This document shows, piece after piece, positions 55,972 through 64,000 of a stretch of DNA of 64,000 nucleotides. The position numbers and the translations under genes are program-made. Origin of the DNA: Eledone cirrhosa (Eukaryota). Under the pieces are notes generated by a model. That model did not search any database. It saw nothing but the letters and a program-made list of their open reading frames with translations, and was not told the DNA's origin. Where the stretch lies: NCBI GenBank assembly GCA_964016885.1, contig OZ024743.1:75702001-75766000 (forward strand), in the 5' to 3' direction. Each line of letters opens with the position of its first letter. Position 1 is the stretch's first letter.

Positions 55972-58900
55972 AAGCATGGTGTCCAACCCTCTACCGATAC
56001 TGCCAATCCACTACCCTAGCATGGCGTCCAACCCTCTACCGATACTGCCAATCCACTACCCTAGCATGGTGTCCAACCCTCTACCGATACTGCCAATCCA
56101 CTACCCTAGCATGGCGTCCAACCCTCTACCGATACTGCCAATCCACTACCCTAGCATGGTGTCCAACCCTCTACCGATACTGCCAATCCACCACCCTAGC
56201 ATGGTGTCCGACCCTCTACCAATACTGCCAATCCACCACCCATGGTGTCCAACCCTCTACCGATACTGCCAATCCACTAACCTAGCATGGCGTCCAACCC
56301 TCTACCAATACTGCCAATCCACTAACCTAGCATGGTGTCCAACCCTCTACCGATACTGCCAATCCACTACCCTAGCATGGCGTCCAACCCTCTACCAATA
56401 CTGCCAATCCACTAACCTAGCATGGCGTCCAACCATCTACCGATACTGCCAATCAACCTCCCTAGCATGGTGTCCAACCCTCTACCGATAATGCCAATCA
56501 ACCACCCTAGCATGGCGTCAAACCCTCTACCAATACTGCCAATCCACCACCCTAGCATGGCGTCCAACCCTCTACCGATACTGCCAATCCACCACCCTAG
56601 CATGGCGTCCAACCCTCTACCGATACTCCCAATCCACTACCCTAATATGGTGTCGGACCCTCTACCAATACTACCAATCCGCCACCCTAGCATGGCGTCC
56701 AACCCTCTACCAATACTACCAATCCACCACCCTAGCATGGTGTCCGACCCTCTACCAATACTACCAATCCACCACCCTAGCATGGCGTCCAACCCTATAC
56801 CGATACTGCCAATCCACTACCCTAGCATGGCGTCCAACTCTCTACCAATACTGCCAATCCACCACCCTAGCATGGCGTCCAACCTTCTACCGATACTGCC
56901 AATCCACCACCCTAGCATGGCGTCCAACCCTCTACCGATACTGCCAATCCACCACCCTAGCATGGCGTCCAACCCTCTACCGATACTGCCAATCCACTAC
57001 CCTAGCATGGCGTCCGACCCTCTACCAATACTGCCAATCCACTACCATAGCATTGTGGCCAACCCTCTACCAATACTACCAATCCAGCACGCTAGCATGG
57101 TGTCCGACCCTCTACCAATACTACCAATCCACCACCCTAGCATGGCGTCCAACCCTCTACCGATACTGCCAATCCACTACGCTAGCATGGCGTCCAACTC
57201 TCTACCAATACTGCCAATCCACCACCCTAGCATGGCGTCCAACCCTCTACCGATACTGCCAATCCACCACCCTAGCATGGTGTCCAACCCTCTACCGATA
57301 CTGCCAATCCACCACCCTAGCATGGCGTCAAACCCTCTACCGATACTGCCAATCCACTACCCTAGCATGGCGTCCAACCCTCTACCAATACTGCCAATCC
57401 ACCACCCTAGCATGGTGTCCCACACTCTACCGATACTCCCAATCCACTACCCTAGCATGGCGTCCAAACCTCTACTGATACTGCCAATCCACCACCCTAG
57501 CATGGCATCAAACCCTCTACCGATACTGCCAATCCACTACCCTAGCATGGCGTCCAACCCTCTACCAATACTGCCAATCCACCACCCTAACATGGCGTCC
57601 AACCCTCTACCGATACTGCCAATCCACCAGCCTAGCATAGCGTCCAACCCTCTACCAATACTGCCAATCCACCACCCTAGCTTGGTGTCCAACCCTCTAC
57701 CGATACTGACAATCCACAATCCTAGCATGGCGTCCAATCATCTACCGATACTGCCAATCCACCAGCCTAGCATGGCGTCCAACCCTCTACCGATACTGCC
57801 AATACACTAACCTAGCATGGCGTCCAACCCTCTACCAATACTGCCAATCCACCACCCTAATATGGTGTCCGACCCTCTACCAATACTGCCAGTCCACCAC
57901 CATAGGTGTCCAACCCTCTACCGATACTGCCAATCCACCACCCCAGCATGGCGTCCAACCCTCTACCAATACTACCAATTCACCATGCTAGCATGGCGTC
58001 CAACCCTCTACCAATACTGCCAATTCACCACCCTAGCATGGCGTCCAACCCTCTACCAATACTGCCAATCCACAACCCTAGCATGGCGTCCAACCCTCTA
58101 CCGATACTGCCAATCCACCACCCTAGCATGGTGTCCAACCCTCTACCGATACTGCCAATCCACCACCCTAGCATGGCGTCCAACCCTCTACCGATACTGC
58201 CAATACACTAACCTAGCATGGCGTCCAACCCTCTACCAATACTGCCAATCCACCACCCTAATATGGTGTCCGACCCTCTAACAATACTGCCAGTCCACCA
58301 CCATAGGTGTCCAACCCTCTACCAATACTGCCAGTCCACCACCATAGGTGTCCAACCCTCTACCGATACTGCCAATGCACCACCCTAGCATGGCGTCCAA
58401 CCCTCTACCAATACTACCAATCCACCACCCTAGCATGGCGTCCAACCCTCTACCAATACTGCCAATTCACCACCCTAGCATGGCGTCCAACCCTCTACCA
58501 ATACTGCCAATCCACCACCCTAGCATGGCGTCCAACCCTCTACCGATACTGCCAATCCACCACCCTAGCATGGTGTCCAACCCTCTACCGATACTGCCAA
58601 TCCACCACCCTAGCATGGCGTCAAACCCTCTACCGATACTGTCAATCCACTACCCTAGCATGGCGTCCAACCCTCTACCAATACTGCCAATCCACCACCC
58701 TAGCATGGTGTCCCACCCTCTACCGATACTCCCAATCCACTACCCTAGCATGGCGTCCAAACCTCTACTGATACTGCCAATCCACCACCCTAGCATGGTG
58801 TCCAACCCTCTACAGATACTGACAATCCACAATCCTAGCATGGCGTCCAACCCTCTACCGATACTGCCCATCCACCAGCCTAGCATGGCGTCCAACCCTC

Positions 58901-61900
58901 TACCAATACTACCAATCCACCACCCTAGCATGGCGTCCAACCCTCTACCAATACTGCCAATTCACCACCCTAGCATGGCGTCCAACCCTCTACCAATACT
59001 GCCAATCCACCACCCTAGCATGGCGTCCAACCCTCTACCGATACTGCCAATCCACCACCCTAGCATGGTGTCCAACCCTCTACCGATACTGCCAATCCAC
59101 CACCCTAGCATGGCGTCAAACCCTCTACCGATACTGTCAATCCACTACCCTAGCATGGCGTCCAACCCTCTACCAATACTGCCAATCCACCACCCTAGCA
59201 TGGTGTCCCACCCTCTACCGATACTCCCAATCCACTACCCTAGCATGGCGTCCAAACCTCTACTGATACTGCCAATCCACCACCCTAGCATGGTGTCCAA
59301 CCCTCTACAGATACTGACAATCCACAATCCTAGCATGGCGTCCAACCCTCTACCGATACTGCCCATCCACCAGCCTAGCATGGCGTCCAACCCTCTACCG
59401 ATACTGCCAATACACTAACCTAGCATGGCGTCCAACCCTCTACCAATACTGCCAATCCACCACCCTAATATGGTGTCCGACCCTCTACCAATACTGCCAG
59501 TCCACCACCATAGGTGTCCAACCCTCTACCGATACTGCCAATCCACCACCCTAGCATGGCGTCCAACCCTCTACCAATACTACCAATTCACCATGCTAGC
59601 ATGGCGTCCAACCCTCTACCAATACTGCCAATTCACCACCCTAATATGGTGTCCGACCCTCTGCCAATACTACCAATCCACCACACTAGCATGGTGTCCG
59701 ACCCTCTATCGATACTGCCAATTCACCACCCATCGCGTCCGACCCTCTACCAATACTACCAATCCACCACCCTAATATGGTGTCCGACCCTCTAACAATA
59801 CTGCCAAGCCACCACCCATGGTGTCCAACTCTCTACCGATACTACAAATGCACAACCCTAGCATGGCATCCGACCCTCTACCAATACTGCCAATCCACCA
59901 CCCTAGCATGGCGCCCAACCCTCTACCAATACTGCCAATCCACCTCCCTAGCATGGTGTCCGACCCTCCACCGATACTGCCAATCCACCACCCATTGTGT
60001 CCGACCCTCTAGCGATACTAACAGTCCACCACCCATTGTGTCCGACACACTACCGATACTGCAAATCCATCACCCTAACATGGTGTCCGACCCTCTACCA
60101 ATACTGCCAATCCACCACCCATGGTGTCCGACCCTCTACCGATACTGCCAATCCACCTACCTAGCATGGCGTCCAACCCTCTACCGATTTTGCCATTCCA
60201 CCGCCCATGGTGTCCGACCCTCTACCGATACTACAAGTCCAACACCCATGGTGTCCGACACTCTACCGATACTGCCAATCCACCACCCATGGTGTCTGAT
60301 CCTCTACGATACTACCAGTCCACCACCCATGGCGTCCAACTCTCTACCGATACTGCCAATCCACCAACCTAGCATTGCGTCCAACCCTCTACCGATACTG
60401 CCAATCCACTACCCTAGCATGGCGTCCAACTCTCTACCAATACTGCCAATCCACCACCCTAGCAAGGTATCCAAACCTCTACCGATACTGCCAATCCACC
60501 ACCCTAGCATGGCGTCCAACCCTCTACTGATATTGCCAATTCACCACCCTAGCATAGGGTAGTGGATTGCCAATTCACCACCCTAGCATAGGGTTGTGGA
60601 TTACCAATCCACCACCCTAGCATGGCGTCCAACCCTCTACCGATACTGCCAATCCACTACCCTAGCATGGCGTCTAACCCTCTACCGATACTGCCAATCC
60701 ACTACCATAGCATGGCGTCCAACACTCTACCAATACTGTCAATCCACCACCCTAGCATGGTGTCCAAACCTCTACCGATACTGACAATCCACCACCCTAG
60801 CATGGCGTCCAACCCTCTACTGATATTGCCAATTCACCACCGTAGCATAGCGTCCAACCCTCTACCAATATTGCCAATCCACCACCCTAGCATGGCGTCG
60901 AACCCCCTACCAATTATGCCAATTCACCACCCTAGCATGGCGTCCAACCCTCTACCAATACTGCCAATTCACCACCCTAATATGGTGTCGGACCCTCTAC
61001 CAATACTACCAATCCGCCACCCTAGCATGGTGTCCGACCCTCTACCAATACTACCAATCCCACACCCTAATATGGTGTCCGACCCTCTACCAATACTGCC
61101 AGTCCACCACCCATGGTGTCCAACCCTCTACCGATACGGCCAATCCACAACCTTAGCATGGCATCCGATCCTCTACCAATACTGCCAATCCACCACCCTA
61201 GCATGGTGTCCAACCCTCTACCAATACTGCCAATTCACCACCCTAATATGGTGTCCGACTCTCTGCCAATACTACCAATCCACCACACTAGCATGGTGTC
61301 CGACCCTCTACCAATACTACCAATCCACCACCCTAATATGGTGTCAGACCCTCTAACAATACTGCCAATCCACCACCCATGGTGTCCATCCCTCTACCGA
61401 TACTGCCAATCCACCACCCTAGCATGGCGTCCAACCCTCTACCGATACTGCCAATCAACCAACCTAGCATGGTGTCCAATCCTCTACCAATACTGCCAAT
61501 TAACCACCCTAGCATGGCGTCCAACCCTCTACCAATACTGCCAATCCACCTCCCTAGCATGGTGTCCGACCATTTACCAATACTGCCAATCCACCACCCA
61601 TTGTCTGCGACCCTCTACTGATACTACCAGTCCACCACCCATGGTGTCCGACCCTCTACGAACATTGCCAATCCCCCTCCCTAGTATGGCATCCAACCCT
61701 CTACCGATACTGCCAATGCACCACCCATGGTGTCTGACCCTCTACGATACTACCAGTCCACCACCCATGGCGTCCGACCATCTATCAATACTACTAATCC
61801 ACCACCCTAGCATGGCGTCCAACCCTCTACCGATACTGCCAATCCACTACCCTAGCATGGCGTCCAACTCTCTACCAATACTGCCAATCCACCACCCTAG

Positions 61901-64000
61901 CATGGCGTCCAACCCTCTACCGATACTGCCAATCCACCTTCCTAGCATGGCGTCCAGCCCTCTACCCATACTGCCAATCCACCACCCTAGCATGGCGTCC
62001 AACCCCCTACCAATACTGCCAATTCACCAACCTAGCATGGCGTCCAACCCTCTACCGATACTGCCAATCCACCACCCTAGCATGGCGTCCAACCCTCTAC
62101 CAATACTGCCAATTCACCATCCTAGCATGGCGTCCAACCCTCTACCGATACTGCCAATTCACCACCCTAATATGGTGTCCGACCCTCTACCAATACTACC
62201 AGTCCACCACCCATGGTGTCAGACCCTCTACCATACTACCAGTCTACCACCCATGGTGTCCGACCCTCTACCGATACTACCAGTCCACCATCCATGGTGT
62301 CCAACCCTCTACCAATACTGCCAATCCACCACCCTAATATGGTGTCCGACCCTCTACCAATACTGCCAGTCCACCACCCTAGGTGTCCAACCCTCTACCG
62401 ATACTGCCAATTCACCACCCATGGTGTCTGACCCTCTACCATACTACCAGTCCACCGCCCATGGTGTCAGACCCTCTACCATACTACCAGTCCACCACCC
62501 ATGGTGTCAGACCCTCTACCATACTACCAGTCCACCGCCCATGGTGTCAGACCCTCTACCATACTACCAGTCCACCACCCATGGTGTCAGACCCTCTACC
62601 ATACTACCAGTCCACCACCCATGGTGTCAGACCATCTACCATACTACCAGTCCACCATCCTTGGTGTCAGACCCTCTACCATACTACCAGTCCACCACCC
62701 ATGGTGCCAGACCCTCTACCATACTACCAGTCCACCACCCATGGTGTCAGACCCTCTACCATACTACCAGTCCACCACCCATGGTACCAGACCCTCTACC
62801 ATACTACCAGTCCACCACCCATGGTGCCAGACCCTCTACCATACTACCAGTCCACCACCCATGGTGTCAGACCCTCTACCATACTACCAGTCCACCAACC
62901 ATGGTACCAGACCCTCTACCATACTACCAGTCCACCACCTATGGTGCCAGACCCTCTACCATACTACCAGTCCACCACCCATGGTGCCAGACCCTCTAGC
63001 ATACTACCAGTCCACCACCCATGGTGTCAGACCCTCTACCAATACTACCAGGCCACCACCCATGGTGTCAGACCATCTACCATACTTCCAATCCACCACC
63101 CATGGTGTCAGACCATCTACCATACTACCAGTCCGCCGCCCATGGTGTCAGACCCTCTACCATACCACCAGTCCACCACCCATGGTGCCAGACCCTCTAC
63201 CATACTACCAGTCCACCGCCCATGGTGTCAGAGCCTCTACCATACTACCAGTCCACCACCCATGGTGCCCAACCCTCTACCATACTACCAGTCCACCGCC
63301 CATGGTGTCAGACCCTCTACCATACTACCAGTCCACCACCCATGGTGCCAGACCCTCTACCATACTACCAGTCCACCACCCATGGTGCCAGACCCTCTAC
63401 CAATACTACCAGTCCATCACCCATGGTGTCAGACCCTCTACCATACTACCAGTCCATCACCCATGGTGTCAGACCCTCTACCATACTACCAGTCCATCAC
63501 CCATGGTGTCAGACCCTCTACCAATACTACCAGGCCACCACCCATGGTGTCAGACCTTCTACCATACTACCAACCCACCACCCATGGTGTCAAACCCTCT
63601 ACCAATACTACCAACCCACCACCCATGGTGTCCGACCCTCTACCCATACAGCCAATCCACCATCCATGGTGTCAGACCCTCTACCATACTACCAGGCCAC
63701 CACCCATGGTGTCAGACTCTCTACCATACTACCAGTCCACCATCCATGGTGTCAGACCCTCTACTATACTACCAATCCACCACCCATGGTGTCAGACCCT
63801 CTACCATACTACCAATCCACCACCCATGGTGTCAGACCCTCTACTATACTACCAGTCCACCACCCATGGTGTCAGACCCTCTACCATACTACCAATCCAC
63901 CACCCATTGTGTCAGACCCTCTATCGTACTACCAGGCCACCACTCATGGTGTCCGACCCTCTACCATACTTCCAATCCACCACCCATGGTGTCAGACCCT
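55972..64000 (+). repeat. >8-kb satellite derived from the SINE head (45-bp unit grading into a 40-bp unit)
   Basis: Unit AGCATGGCGTCCAACCCTCTACCGATACTGCCAATCCACCACCCT, continuous with the SINE at 55845; later unit ATGGTGTCAGACCCTCTACCATACTACCAGTCCACCACCC. Confidence 0.97.

Noticed and set aside
56422-62999. Long repetitive ORFs ([15 protein letters not shown])n up to 628 aa
   Set aside because: A by-product of a 45-bp SINE-derived unit; the frames break freely at 41/40-bp units.

Overview
Eukaryotic, AT-rich, extremely repeat-dense DNA. The SINE families and microsatellite load suggest a coleoid cephalopod, probably an octopod (inference). No host protein-coding gene can be supported. Recognisable content: a decayed Rep/Helicase Helitron (3096-8047, -) with non-autonomous relatives; an R4/Dong-like RLE LINE inserted in a (TACA)n microsatellite (9644-13853, -); a CR1/L2-group LINE with an intact 1006-aa APE-RT ORF2 (30725-33745, -); RTE, CRE and Penelope GIY-YIG fragments; many tRNA-derived SINEs; several MITEs; and large tandem arrays, two of which visibly derive from transposon parts. 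The most striking unannotated signal is about 20 minimal type-I hammerhead ribozyme motifs from about 10 unrelated short non-coding families. Most lie in outward-facing inverted repeats embedded in (TA)n tracts, densely clustered at 42.6-46 kb, and they resemble non-autonomous Penelope-like pLTR or retrozyme-type elements. All folds were read by eye and need computational and biochemical confirmation.
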